The notes: generated from the letters alone by a model not told the origin. Positions 37,705 through 48,533 are shown, counted from the first letter of the stretch. The stretch is 64,000 bases of DNA from Trypanosoma brucei (GCA_000002445.1 CM000208.1:2624001-2688000), one strand, 5' to 3'. Made by a program: numbers and translations.

Positions 37705-40700
37705 CTACACGAAGTTGTACTGCTGCTGCCTTTCTTCCTCAGCGATGGCCTCGCTTAGCATCGATGGCACCTCCGTTTCAATTTCCTCGTTTGTTGCAAG
37801 CTGTGCTTCATACTTTTGCTTCAATTTCTTTTCCCAAAGTTGAATGTTTTCTTGGGCGCGGTCACGGTGACTTCGCAGTTCCGCTTCCTGTTGGCTTAGT
37901 TGTGCGTTAAATATTTGTTGCTGCCTGTGGAACTCTGATGCCTCCCCTCCTTGCATGGTCTCTAACGCCTCTTTCTGAAGCATTAATTGACCCTTTTTCA
38001 CCGCGATCATAAAGAGCTTCTGTAACCTTTCCTGGGCCTCAGCGGGTAGCTGTTGCACAGGAAGGCTCAGATCAGCATTGACCTCGCCAGCAGTGCGCTT
38101 TTGCATCGCTTCAATTTCCCGCAAGCCAAACTCCTTTGCAACGCGGTTATACAGCGCAACACAACCTTCGCACTCAAGCTCGCCGATAGAAAAGTTTTCA
38201 AACCCCCCACGGGCAACCAAGTCACTGCAGCGCATCGTTAGCCTGGTCTTGCATTGGGGGCAGCGAACCGTCACTTTCTCCTCGCAAGGTTTCGGCTCTT
38301 CCCCACATCGAACCCGTTGGAAGTGATATACAACAGTCATCGTTGGCCCATTGTCATTTACGCCCGTAACCACGCTTTGACCACACAGCAGTCGTTTTAG
38401 ACCGACGAATTCGCACGGAGAGCACGGTTCATAGCAGCTGCGCAAGCACGCGTGGCCACACCGCTGATCCCTTGCGCAGGGGAAGGGGCACCTGTCGTGA
38501 AGCAAGTTCGAGTCACCTTTTACACCACAAGTACAAGATTGTGAAAAACCGGAGGGGACGTGGCATGCGTGAAGACATGCATGCGCTGTGCTTGTGCAAT
38601 TGGTATAGGGGGCGAGGCAAAATGATCGACATTCCCGGACACCGATTACGCGGACCTTGCAACCACAGTAGTCTGCGTATGTTAGAATGGCTAACTGCCG
38701 ACTGCTCGCGTGTTCCGGGCAGCGTAGCGCCAGCGCTGCCCACTTGGCTTCGGTAGGCAGCCAATACTCACCGCGATCGCGTTGCTGTTGAGCAAATCCT
38801 TCTATTCGTTGCAACGGGTCAAGGAAGCGAAACAATTCCTTGCTCCCAATCAATAGCACACCACGGCGCGCACGTGATGCGGCTTTCCACAGCCATCGTT
38901 CCACACACCCAACAAATGTTTTTTCCGCCACCGTCTGTTCCCACCGTTTCTGCCGCTGCAAACCACTAACGTGGCCTATCGACCGCGCCAAACCCGAAAG
39001 GCAGAGCACCGCAACATCGCACTCTTCATCGTGCTCCACAAATGCGTCAGGAAGGAGCGGCAGCGTATAAACAACCTTGGTGAGATCCGCCTGATCCCCC
39101 TCGGCACAAAGCGACATTCCCTCTATGATGACGTCCCGATCGACAGAGGAACTGCAGTAAACAATGACCTCGTACGAGGGAGTAACCTGCTTGATGCGGG
39201 CGCGCGCAAATGCAGCTCCCAGGCCGTCACATGTAACGCCTACATTAATAGGCACAGCGTGCGTCCACAGTTCTACACAAGAGGAAGAGGAAAATCCCGG
39301 GATTTGGACGGGTTGGTGGGTACCCTCCCCCGAGAAGCCGTGATCACCGCTGGCCTCCGCCGTACTGGAGCCCACAACAGGTGCTTCACCTCGTGACGCT
39401 GCATAGTTAACGAGAGGACTATTACGGCACAGCAGGAGACCTTTGTGGAGCTCAGGTGCGCTAAAACGGAGGGCTTCACCCAAAACGGCAGTGGAGAAGA
39501 ATGAAGTTCCTTGAAGCTCCTTCTGGGTAGCCTTGAGGACTGCCAGGGCAATCTGTTGCTCTGATTGCAGCGGGGCGTCCATCTGCCGAGAAAGAACAAC
39601 CACAGACGCCGGTGAAAGCGCAAGGTAGAGTGCATCCTCTACTTGATCATAGTCATCAATCACAAGGTAGCGAGGCTGCCACATCCGGATGAAAAGTATT
39701 TCTCGCAGCAGCGAAACCCTCGTGGCAGTTAGCACAGTCACCTTCGATACCTGTGACGTTGCCGCCACCATATGGACCAGATCAAGAAAGAAGGAGAAGA
39801 TGTATTGCACCTCATTCATGATTCTTTTTTGCAAAAAATTGAGGAACTCGGTCTGCTTTTCGCCGTATACGGCCAGCCACCCAGCGGCCTCAGATTTGCC
39901 ATAATCGCAGAGGCCACGAGCGGCGTTTGGAAGGGTTACCGGTTTGAACGTTCCTCCCATCAAGGGCTTCATACTTCGCCACTCCGGCGCGTCGCGTGCC
40001 CCACTACCCCCGTCTGCTGAAAGGAAAGCAGCAGCATCCACCACTGTTGCGGATTCCCACAGATCCGTACCAAGGAAAGTCATCCACGACTCGCCCCGAA
40101 GCTTCGCCTCAGTGAAAGTGTCGTTTCTCTCTTTTTGTGTCATGATCCAAGATAGGAATTCGGTAAACAATTTCCATTCACCTTCGCCTGCAGCATCCAA
40201 TGACTCTTGCACGACACTAATGAGATTTCCCAAACGCCTGAGGGAACGTAACCACACGTTCAGAACACCTGTCAGGGGCGCCCTCATGGAACGGTCGTAG
40301 CTCTGCTGCAGGGCATCACTCAATGAGTGAAACTTATCCTTAACGTTGGCCTCGTGGAGCACTCGGTCGGTATACTTCGGAGGGTCGTGTTTCAATGCCC
40401 TCGGTCGCAATAGCAACGGCGCGTGGCAGCATTTCAATTTCTCACTCAACTGCACGTGCTCGTTGATGTTTAAAATCGCTTCGCTGGTGAGTTCCTCCAG
40501 TAAGTCACGCCCAGAAGAAGTATCTGCCTCATAAAAAAGATCATCCATATCTTCTACCATCGCAAGCTTGGCCACATAACCCGAAACCGCATGCCCGCTT
40601 TGCTTGATCAACGAGTGCCACAATGGCGCATGCTCTTTCCGAAGTTCCTCGTGTACTCTTCCACGAGCCAGGCTCGCCGCGTGCATTATTACAGTCTTGC

Positions 40701-43200
40701 CGCTTCCAACAGCACCAACGAGTGTACGGACGCCACGGCCCGACGCTGTCAAGGTGTGGATACACTCTACCTGCGAAGGAGTTAGCGCCGTGGCCTCCGT
40801 AAGGTCGTCAAGACAACGCCGTAGGTGCTCTCCGTCGGAGGGAAGTAACGTGGAGGTTACGAACATGTCTTCTACGCTTTCACTGCTGCCAAATGAAGCA
40901 GGTAGGTTAGTGCCTGCTACGTTGCCACTAATGCTGTCGTTTGCATTGTTTCCCCACCAAAGAATACGTCCCTGTGAAGCGCTACCCTTTTCTTGAAGAC
41001 TCTTCAGACGCCCTGGAGCATAAACATCCTTCCGCCCCTCATGCTGCAGGCGTCTTCGCAATGACTGAAGGTGCCGAATGTACAATATATACGAAATTGC
41101 CGAAGTTCCTTTTGGGAAAAACTGTGGAGGCTCCTGTCCGAGCTGCGGGCGCTGTGCGTCGCCCAACTTTTCACCGTCACCGTGCGCGTCTTCGTAAACA
41201 AACCAAGCTTCCGGAAATTTTTCACCTGTGTCTGAAGAAACCGACGCCGCCGCGCTTGCTCCTAAAAGCGAGGGCAGCATGTCTCCGTCACGGAGAACAT
41301 AGGCGTCGACTGTGCAAATGGTCCAACCCACCTCTCCATCAGTGCAGTTTTTGCTGGAGCAGTCGGACACATTGCACACGATAACGGGGAAAACAAAAAC
41401 ATTTCCGTTCAGTCTTACAATTAGATAACCAAAGGTAGAACCCCGTTCACCCAGCCTAGTGAAATCTTTCTTTTCCTTTGCCGCACGCAACGTGGCCGTT
41501 AGCGGCATGCCAAACAAAGCATGTAGCTGAATCTCATCCAAGGAATAACTGGTCAGAGACGAGCGGACCGCCGCTTGATTGACTCTTGTCACTGAGATAT
41601 GTGGCCACCACCGTTCCATTCTGTCCCCAGTACCCTCGCTCAACGGAGGTTCGCTAACGAAATGGTTTACTGCGCGAGCAGCTGGGCCGTACAGTTCCGC
41701 ATACGCTGCCAGTATGGAACTCTCAACAAAACGCGGCGCCTCCTGACGAAGATAGGGCGTGTAAGCACTTGCCATAGCCGCCATCATTTCCCTGACGGTG
41801 CCCCTCTGGAGCCCCCTAAGCTCTCTGATCTCCTGCATGGTTGGTGGGCAGTGAGCATTACCAACAATATTGGAAGACTCAACCATCTGCTCTTTGTGCC
41901 GCACCCAATGTACAAAGTGACGGAACAGACCGGCGCGTGCCAACTCTTCGACAAGCTGTGCAACTGGCTGGTTGCTATCTGCCTTCCCACCGTCGACACC
42001 TCTGCTATCTATCCATATGGATGTGAGGCGATGCAGTACAGCGTGGACACCGCGCTCCGCCTCTGTATGCAACTTTTGCTGCAGTGAATCACAATCCGTT
42101 TTGCCTCCGCAGTTGGTAGGTGCCCGCTCTCCGCACGTATAGCGAAGACCCAGCCATATGGCGTCCAACACCGACTGCTGGGCAGCAACCCACGATGACT
42201 GCGACACTGAGCCCGCCATTTCACTCAACACCAGCGTGAGACCGTCAACAAAAAGGGGTGAGGCGACGAACTGACGTATCGCTTCCCCTAGTATGTGTGG
42301 AAGTGGAGCGACAGTCTCTGCGTTGCTTAATATAGCAACGTAAAGGCGGACCACAGAAAAAATCACCTTCTTCAGTTGAAGCACTGTCCGAGCGGAGACA
42401 CCCGTCACCCTCTTGAGTTGTCGAAGTAGAAGGGGCAGCTGCAGGGAGCGGGACCAACCCGTCGAATTAACGCGGCGACTCGAGGAGGTGCAGTCCGCTC
42501 CGAGCCCTACAAGGGGTTGAACAATGCACGTTACCTGAGCCAAGCCAGGGGGATGTGATAAGATTTCTCGCACCCATTTCGCCGTAGTTACTGCATTCCA
42601 TGAGGCCGCGTGACACCAATCACCGGCATCCGCTAGTGAAGACGGATCGAAGGTTAAAAACTCCAGTAGGTGCTTACTCTCGTGTCCCTCATCACCGGGT
42701 TTACACGACGGACGTGCTCGTTGTAGTATCACGACGTCTCCCATACAGAAGCTCTGCCCCACTTCGGAAGGGACGTTTACGGGATCGATACTATCTGATG
42801 TAAAGAGGAGTGTTGTGTCGTTATTGGCTACAAGCCGAATAACACCCAGTTCCATGGGACCATCAAACACTGCTGAGACAGGTGGAACCAGGAAACTCCG
42901 CGCCACATGACGAAAGGCAGGTGAACTAAGCAATACATCAACGTCGGAAATCGAGCTAACGAGGCCACTGCACTCTAGATAGTCGGCCACGGCCTTTCTT
43001 GTGGTTCCGTTCGTAATCTCTATAGCTGCCGAGTAGGGTGAATGACTTGCGGCCCTCTCGACGATGCCCCCGCCATCACCGTCTCGCTGGCGTTTCGCAC
43101 CTTTGTTTGACACGGATGCTACTGGCATTAGGCGGCGACCCAGCTCAGCTTTCTGTACTTGATCTTTTTCTTCGTGGCGTGTCGGGCAACACAAACACAC
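37705..43200 (-). CDS. Giant P-loop NTPase (SF1-helicase-like core) with C-terminal NFX1-type zinc fingers and a coiled-coil tail; ZNFX1-like architecture, 1831 aa
   Basis: Walker A GAVGSGKT (about 40700-40725). Walker-B-like YLVIDDYDQ (about 39650). Cys/His-rich repeats with NFX1-type spacing, for example CGHACLRSCYEPCSPC and CLHACHVPSGFSQSC (about 38250-38850). Gln/Glu-rich coiled-coil C-terminus. Confidence 0.75.
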   Translation of the reverse strand: MCLCCPTRHEEKDQVQKAELGRRLMPVASVSNKGAKRQRDGDGGGIVERAASHSPYSAAIEITNGTTRKAVADYLECSGLVSSISDVDVLLSSPAFRHVARSFLVPPVSAVFDGPMELGVIRLVANNDTTLLFTSDSIDPVNVPSEVGQSFCMGDVVILQRARPSCKPGDEGHESKHLLEFLTFDPSSLADAGDWCHAASWNAVTTAKWVREILSHPPGLAQVTCIVQPLVGLGADCTSSSRRVNSTGWSRSLQLPLLLRQLKRVTGVSARTVLQLKKVIFSVVRLYVAILSNAETVAPLPHILGEAIRQFVASPLFVDGLTLVLSEMAGSVSQSSWVAAQQSVLDAIWLGLRYTCGERAPTNCGGKTDCDSLQQKLHTEAERGVHAVLHRLTSIWIDSRGVDGGKADSNQPVAQLVEELARAGLFRHFVHWVRHKEQMVESSNIVGNAHCPPTMQEIRELRGLQRGTVREMMAAMASAYTPYLRQEAPRFVESSILAAYAELYGPAARAVNHFVSEPPLSEGTGDRMERWWPHISVTRVNQAAVRSSLTSYSLDEIQLHALFGMPLTATLRAAKEKKDFTRLGERGSTFGYLIVRLNGNVFVFPVIVCNVSDCSSKNCTDGEVGWTICTVDAYVLRDGDMLPSLLGASAAASVSSDTGEKFPEAWFVYEDAHGDGEKLGDAQRPQLGQEPPQFFPKGTSAISYILYIRHLQSLRRRLQHEGRKDVYAPGRLKSLQEKGSASQGRILWWGNNANDSISGNVAGTNLPASFGSSESVEDMFVTSTLLPSDGEHLRRCLDDLTEATALTPSQVECIHTLTASGRGVRTLVGAVGSGKTVIMHAASLARGRVHEELRKEHAPLWHSLIKQSGHAVSGYVAKLAMVEDMDDLFYEADTSSGRDLLEELTSEAILNINEHVQLSEKLKCCHAPLLLRPRALKHDPPKYTDRVLHEANVKDKFHSLSDALQQSYDRSMRAPLTGVLNVWLRSLRRLGNLISVVQESLDAAGEGEWKLFTEFLSWIMTQKERNDTFTEAKLRGESWMTFLGTDLWESATVVDAAAFLSADGGSGARDAPEWRSMKPLMGGTFKPVTLPNAARGLCDYGKSEAAGWLAVYGEKQTEFLNFLQKRIMNEVQYIFSFFLDLVHMVAATSQVSKVTVLTATRVSLLREILFIRMWQPRYLVIDDYDQVEDALYLALSPASVVVLSRQMDAPLQSEQQIALAVLKATQKELQGTSFFSTAVLGEALRFSAPELHKGLLLCRNSPLVNYAASRGEAPVVGSSTAEASGDHGFSGEGTHQPVQIPGFSSSSCVELWTHAVPINVGVTCDGLGAAFARARIKQVTPSYEVIVYCSSSVDRDVIIEGMSLCAEGDQADLTKVVYTLPLLPDAFVEHDEECDVAVLCLSGLARSIGHVSGLQRQKRWEQTVAEKTFVGCVERWLWKAASRARRGVLLIGSKELFRFLDPLQRIEGFAQQQRDRGEYWLPTEAKWAALALRCPEHASSRQLAILTYADYCGCKVRVIGVRECRSFCLAPYTNCTSTAHACLHACHVPSGFSQSCTCGVKGDSNLLHDRCPFPCARDQRCGHACLRSCYEPCSPCEFVGLKRLLCGQSVVTGVNDNGPTMTVVYHFQRVRCGEEPKPCEEKVTVRCPQCKTRLTMRCSDLVARGGFENFSIGELECEGCVALYNRVAKEFGLREIEAMQKRTAGEVNADLSLPVQQLPAEAQERLQKLFMIAVKKGQLMLQKEALETMQGGEASEFHRQQQIFNAQLSQQEAELRSHRDRAQENIQLWEKKLKQKYEAQLATNEEIETEVPSMLSEAIAEEERQQQYNFV

Positions 43201-43480
43201 ACAACAAATTCCTTTACTTAGTTGAGTACACGAACAACGATTAAAGACACATGGGGGAAATGGGAGGTGTACGTTGAGACAAGACCAACTTGTTTCCCAG
43301 AATTTATGAGCATTGAGGCCGAATTATCAACATGCGTTGGAATGTAGAAACGCTATAACACCACCTGAGATAGCCACAAAATCTTGTTTTTCCGGGCCTC
43401 AGCAGACGGTTGCCCGCCAACGAAAAAATGTCTCCCCCCCCAAAAAAAAACAACCACGATGTAACACTCACGCCCTCCTC

Positions 43481-45811
43481 CTACTGATTGTCCACATCAT
43501 CATCCCAGCCGTCGCAACTATCAAGAGCACAACTTTCTTTAAATGCTTTCACCCCACTTACTTCTTCAATGTACATAGGGTCGTTGATACATCGTAGCAC
43601 AAAAGCTGACCCCTCGTCCTTGTATGAGCGTACGATAGGATCGGAGCATGCGGTGCACTGCTCGTAACGGCAACCATGGAGTGTGTAAACGTTGTGGTGG
43701 GCGACGCTACCACGTATTTGCTGTGGGATCGTGCCCAAAGGGCAAACAGCGCCACCTGCAACGGAATCGGAGACCCCCGGTGTCGCGTCCCTCTCACTCT
43801 GGACGTAAGGAGGACAGGCAAATCCCAGAGGGTGGTTGTAAAGTTGGGCAAGCAACTCCACTGCAATAGCAGATGCAATCGCTGAGAGACCAGGCCGAGT
43901 GACAGTGCACTGCTGGTCAAGCGTGCGAGCGGTAATACTGTCCCGAGGGGCGACGGAATCACTGCAGAAGTAGCAACCCAGACGAACGTACTTCGCCCCT
44001 TTGTCACTGCCTTCCGGTGGGTCCAATCCATGGCGCATAACAACATATGTGTCAAATGCAAGTGCAACATTAACGGTTGGTTTACAGTGTGCAGTGGCCA
44101 TTAGTGTAGGTAACCAGCGCGCTTCTCGGCTGTCAGTCAACAAGAACACCACATCGTGTGAGCGTATGAGTTCATCCAGAGCCTCTATTTCTGCCTTTAC
44201 TTCTTCCTCACGGGCCTTGTCCACGCGGTGACCGGGCATGTGTATTGTCAATGGCACACCACGTGCGTTTACACCAGGAAGGATACGTTTCAGTGCCTTA
44301 GCTGCGGCAATGGCTTTATTTCGTTCTTCTTCCCGTGGGTTGTTGACGTCAGACAACTCAAAGAGTGTTTGTCGAACCGGGTTTGAAAATGACACTTTAC
44401 CGCGATCCACAAGTGTGATATGCCTCACACCCCACATGAGCAACTGCCGTGCCACGTTGCAACCGAGCGTTCCTGTCCCTAACAGTAGAGCTTTGCACTG
44501 CGCCAACCTATCGAGGTTAAGTTCAGGCAGCGCGCGCCACTTCATCAAAGTTAAGTTAAGCCCAGCGCTCGCGTCGGCCAGTTTATCCGGAGACATCAGG
44601 GGGCCCAGATCAATAGTGTGAACACTCGAGGCTCCACCGTCGCTTTCCGGATCCACCCAGCCAACTACTTTGGCTGGACTAACACCTTCTACAACCTCCT
44701 CTAAGGTATAGGAAAGCGGCTCGCACATACAGTGAAAGAGGACGCTCTCTGACACATCGTTGTTCCGCACGCAGTATAAAGCAAACGAAGTAATGAGTGG
44801 CTGCGCCAATCGAAGAGCACTAACAATGTTGCGCACAGCCCATCCGGGCGAGCCTTCAGAAGAATAGTCCAGGAAAGCAATCAACGGCATTGAATGATTC
44901 GACGCTGCTTCCATAGACTTGGGCGAGAATGGTAGAAATATAACACACCCATCATCATTGTTTCCTTTACCCTTCACATCAGCAGCGGAAGATCGCACGA
45001 CAATAAAGGGATTGGGTCCATTCTCGGGTCTCTTCTGCAGTTTCTCCAACAAATGCGCATGAACGCGGTCAACAGCAAATTGGTTCGGAAAGTAAACACC
45101 TTTAAATTCAGACCCAGCAGCAGTATAACCACCTTTTACGCGCCGTTGAACAAAGACAGGAGAGCCAAGATCAAAAACAGGAAAGGCAACCGAATAAAGG
45201 AAACGGTGGCTTTTAAGGTCCGCGTACGTGTAAAGCGCCATAATTGAGAAGTTTACGTCCTCCCACGCTAGTTCCTCCGCAGAAGAGTATTCAGTTACGT
45301 TTTCCTCGCGCTTATTTTTGCAACAAGTATACAGAGGAAGAAGAAGTGACTTTTTCAAAATATCCCACAATGCGCTACGACGAGGAAGTTGGTAAAGTTG
45401 CTTAGCCGTATTAAAGTTTTGAATAAAGCCATCGTGTAGTGTGTGCACACACCGCAAACTCGTGCCGGTACCACCAGAATGGTCGTCGATTGGGTCTCCT
45501 TCACTCACCGATGTTTCGTCCCTAAGACGCCTCGTGACATTCACACGGCTCGCGGACAAGCTTTCCGCCCTCAGCGATACTAATGACCGATAGATACCTG
45601 AAGATGAGGAACTCGTAACACCAAATACTGGCGAGCGAATGATGGGCTCGGACAGCCTCCATTCATGTAGTTTCCTCTTTTCCAGTTCATACCAAAAACT
45701 GATCTCAATGCGAAAATCATGCATCAAATACTTCAAGCGCTCCATGGCTACCTTTTCAAACACAGCCGAAGGCAAAAATAAAAAAAAAGAAAAAAAGCAA
45801 ATAACACACAA
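43481..45811 (-). CDS. ATG7: Ubiquitin-like modifier-activating enzyme ATG7 (autophagy E1), about 755 aa. True start probably MERLKY near 45745; the first track codons (CFFSFFLFL) are the upstream pyrimidine tract.
   Basis: N-terminal ATG7 signature FWYELEKRKLHEWRL. LNLTLMKWRALPELNLD motif. ThiF/E1 fold LLLGTGTLGCNVARQLLMWGVRHITLVD. Catalytic-Cys context LGCYFCSD. Confidence 0.9.
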   Translation of the reverse strand: MCVICFFSFFLFLPSAVFEKVAMERLKYLMHDFRIEISFWYELEKRKLHEWRLSEPIIRSPVFGVTSSSSSGIYRSLVSLRAESLSASRVNVTRRLRDETSVSEGDPIDDHSGGTGTSLRCVHTLHDGFIQNFNTAKQLYQLPRRSALWDILKKSLLLPLYTCCKNKREENVTEYSSAEELAWEDVNFSIMALYTYADLKSHRFLYSVAFPVFDLGSPVFVQRRVKGGYTAAGSEFKGVYFPNQFAVDRVHAHLLEKLQKRPENGPNPFIVVRSSAADVKGKGNNDDGCVIFLPFSPKSMEAASNHSMPLIAFLDYSSEGSPGWAVRNIVSALRLAQPLITSFALYCVRNNDVSESVLFHCMCEPLSYTLEEVVEGVSPAKVVGWVDPESDGGASSVHTIDLGPLMSPDKLADASAGLNLTLMKWRALPELNLDRLAQCKALLLGTGTLGCNVARQLLMWGVRHITLVDRGKVSFSNPVRQTLFELSDVNNPREEERNKAIAAAKALKRILPGVNARGVPLTIHMPGHRVDKAREEEVKAEIEALDELIRSHDVVFLLTDSREARWLPTLMATAHCKPTVNVALAFDTYVVMRHGLDPPEGSDKGAKYVRLGCYFCSDSVAPRDSITARTLDQQCTVTRPGLSAIASAIAVELLAQLYNHPLGFACPPYVQSERDATPGVSDSVAGGAVCPLGTIPQQIRGSVAHHNVYTLHGCRYEQCTACSDPIVRSYKDEGSAFVLRCINDPMYIEEVSGVKAFKESCALDSCDGWDDDVDNQ
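45770..45810 (-). promoter_or_regulatory. Pyrimidine tract (purine-rich on the plus strand) upstream of the ATG7 start; candidate trans-splicing acceptor signal
   Basis: Plus strand reads ggcaaaaataaaaaaaaagaaaaaaagcaaataacacac, which is a pyrimidine run on the coding (minus) strand just 5' of the MERLKY start. Confidence 0.45.
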
Positions 45812-46096
45812 CGCTAACTGAAGGGGGAACCCCCACGGTCCCTACAAGAAGCCACTGCAGTACTCCCCACGCATGCTGTGACCTCACAGCCATCGGTAAA
45901 CACTGTGCCTGGTGGAAAGCAGGCGACAACTAGCAAAAAAAAAAGAGGTTCCTCAAGAAAACACCGTGCAACTGGCTCACCACCGAAAGTAGTGACTGTC
46001 AAATAACAACAGATATTAAGCACGAAGACCGCAAACCACCCCACATATTTAAATTCAACCGCAAAGTGCAATGCCCCAGCTACAGTGCCCCTCGCC

Positions 46097-47557
46097 TTAC
46101 CCCTTAACGCACAACAACTGTCTGAGCACACATACAACCTCCACAAGATCATCCTGAGCACGCATAACGTCGTCAATGTCCTTGTACGCCATGGGTGTCT
46201 CGTCTAGAACGTCAGCGTCTTTTCGGCACTCTATGCCCTTTGTTGCCGTCTTATGCTGCTCCAAGGTGAAACGTCGTTTCGCCTCACCACGGCTGTAACG
46301 CCTGCCAGCTCCGTGGGAGCAGGATGAGTAACTTTTTGGATTACCTTTCCCACGTACAATGTAGCTTCTCGTTCCCATGCTTCCAGGAATGACCGCAAGC
46401 TCGCCTGCACGTGCGGATGTAGCCCCCTTCCTTGTTAACCACACGTGCACTCCAGCACTCAACTCCATACGCTGAACGTAATTGTGATGGCAATTTATCG
46501 CAAGTGCATCAACGGAAAACCCCCTACCTATTGTTTTGCGCACCGCGCGAAGCACGTTGTCCAGCATAATCTCACGGTTCAGCTTTGCGTAGAGTTGCGC
46601 CCAATAAACAGCTTCCACATACTGTTCGAAGTGCTCAGAACCCTCACGCAGATAGGCCAGGTCGGCACTCGGAAGATTTGCTAGGTGGGCCCCCATATCC
46701 TTCTTGGCGAGCTCGAAAAATATTGTTCCGATGCGGTTTCCAACTCCCCGCGAACCGCTGTGCAACATCACCCAGATGTTAGGTTGCCGGGAAACGCCTT
46801 TGGACGTTTCAGATGTGGCACCGCTGCTCCCTGAATTCCCAATTTCAACGTAACTTTCACCCACGTCCACCTTCCTTCCATCATCAACACATAGTTCAAT
46901 GAAGTGATTTCCACCGCCCAGAGTGCCCAAGTGTTCAATGTGGTTGCTAGTTTCAATGTGTTTTTGCATGCAACAGATCTCCTCAAAGCCTTTCTGCAAC
47001 TGCGTCCGCCACACAGCAGCGACGCTCTCTGGGATATTGTTTCGCCAGCTTCCCGCATCTAACCCACTTCTACCATTGTGCGTTCGCCCGTGTGGGACGG
47101 CAACTTCGATAGCCAGTCGGAGGGCAGCCAGTGACGACGGTAAATCTTCTTGTGTCAGGCTCGTACGCACCGCGATCATCCCGCAACCGATATCCACCCC
47201 AACACTCGCTGGTATGATTGCCCGTGTTGTTGGGATGACCGTCCCTACAGTGGCACCGTTGCTAGTATGTACATCTGGCATGGCCACAACGGGGTGCTGA
47301 ATAATATCACCCAACCGTGACAACTGCAGGAGCTGTTCAACTGCAGAGCGCTCCACCTCAACGCCACTCACCCAAGCATGGACATCCACACTACTTCCTT
47401 CCTCCCGAATTACGGTATACGGTTCTACGTCCGACCCATGATCAGTCTCACCTACGGCGCAACACTTCCGTCCCGGAAACACAGCACTGTCGGTGCGTCC
47501 ACCTCCACCTGCACCAGCGGTAGCGCGAATGCATAATTTTGTGACAGCGTGACGCAT
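46097..47557 (-). CDS. RTCB: RNA-splicing ligase RtcB (tRNA ligase, HSPC117 family), 486 aa
   Basis: RtcB signatures GGNHFIEL, HSGSRGVGN, SCSHGAGR, plus overall length and layout. Confidence 0.9.
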   Translation of the reverse strand: MRHAVTKLCIRATAGAGGGGRTDSAVFPGRKCCAVGETDHGSDVEPYTVIREEGSSVDVHAWVSGVEVERSAVEQLLQLSRLGDIIQHPVVAMPDVHTSNGATVGTVIPTTRAIIPASVGVDIGCGMIAVRTSLTQEDLPSSLAALRLAIEVAVPHGRTHNGRSGLDAGSWRNNIPESVAAVWRTQLQKGFEEICCMQKHIETSNHIEHLGTLGGGNHFIELCVDDGRKVDVGESYVEIGNSGSSGATSETSKGVSRQPNIWVMLHSGSRGVGNRIGTIFFELAKKDMGAHLANLPSADLAYLREGSEHFEQYVEAVYWAQLYAKLNREIMLDNVLRAVRKTIGRGFSVDALAINCHHNYVQRMELSAGVHVWLTRKGATSARAGELAVIPGSMGTRSYIVRGKGNPKSYSSCSHGAGRRYSRGEAKRRFTLEQHKTATKGIECRKDADVLDETPMAYKDIDDVMRAQDDLVEVVCVLRQLLCVKG

Positions 47558-48042
47558 AGATGCCTTAGGGGTAAAGGGTCTTCCTTTGGTCTGAAGTCGT
47601 ACTATTTCGCGCCGCTACCTCGCTTCGCTCCACATACGAGAAAAAGTGGCGGAGAGTTTTTTCCCACCAGTGAAATTACAAACGGTAAGCGATCAGCTAC
47701 GGGGTGACTAACATTTATTTACGGGTGGCTGCCGTGGAGATGCTTATGCATCCTTATTCTCTGGGTGTTCACCTTCCTTTCAGCCCATTTTATGTGGGCG
47801 TGAGCCCTGTGCACCTGCCTGCAGTGGCACCAGTGTCGATTGCGCAAACCATCATCCAACTTACCAGTGAGTTACACTTGGGATGCCACGGCTGGGAAGA
47901 GGTATCAACCCGCAATCATACCTGTGCAAAACGCGAAAGTCAAGTGGTTTTCCTTTTTTTTCTTAAAAAAAAAATGAAAGTCGCAGTAAGCAGGGGGGAG
48001 GGTTTAAACAGCCACTGCGGCTGCACCTTTTGGACGGAACGG

Positions 48043-48399
48043 CTAATTGGCAACATGGACCTCTGCGGACCGAGTGCTCGACATCATCGACAAGTGCTCT
48101 TTGAGCAGCTGAGAACGCTTAATGGTATACGCTCTTTTCGTACAATCCGGACAACAAGGGTTTCCCCTCAGCAGGTACCGCTCGGGACAACAATGAGTAC
48201 AAAATTGGCGACCGCACCAATCACAATTAGTGCTGGGAGTGAAGTAAAAACAGAATGGTTCTTCACACGACGAGCAGAAGCGGCCATCCCTGGGCCGAGC
48301 ACTTTCCGGAGCGGGTACATATGTTATTGGTTCTACTTTATCCTTCACTTCAGGAGGAACCTCTTCGTGTGTGCGAACGTTGCTAAAAATCGTGCCCAT
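48043..48399 (-). CDS. Small (118 aa) Cys-rich zinc-finger protein with an N-terminal myristoylation consensus (MGTIFSN)
   Basis: ORF on the array strand: MGxxxS start, Cys cluster CSSCEEPFCFYF...CDWCGRQFCTHCCPERY...CCPDC. The overlapping 262-aa plus-strand ORF 47704..48492 is judged spurious. Confidence 0.45.
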   Translation of the reverse strand: MGTIFSNVRTHEEVPPEVKDKVEPITYVPAPESARPRDGRFCSSCEEPFCFYFTPSTNCDWCGRQFCTHCCPERYLLRGNPCCPDCTKRAYTIKRSQLLKEHLSMMSSTRSAEVHVAN

Positions 48400-48533
48400 G
48401 ACAACAACCTAGAGCAGTACACCTACGGCCGCCGGGTCACAACGCCGGCGCAACAAGGGAAAGGCGATAGGAGGAACAAATGGCTCGTTTAGTCTGGTAT
48501 AATTAGAAGCAAAAAAAAAAGCTATGTGGACCT

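Noticed and set aside
47704-48492. 262-aa plus-strand ORF
   Set aside because: It overlaps a better minus-strand model (a myristoylation-consensus zinc-finger ORF), lies against the orientation of the array, and has no recognisable domain.
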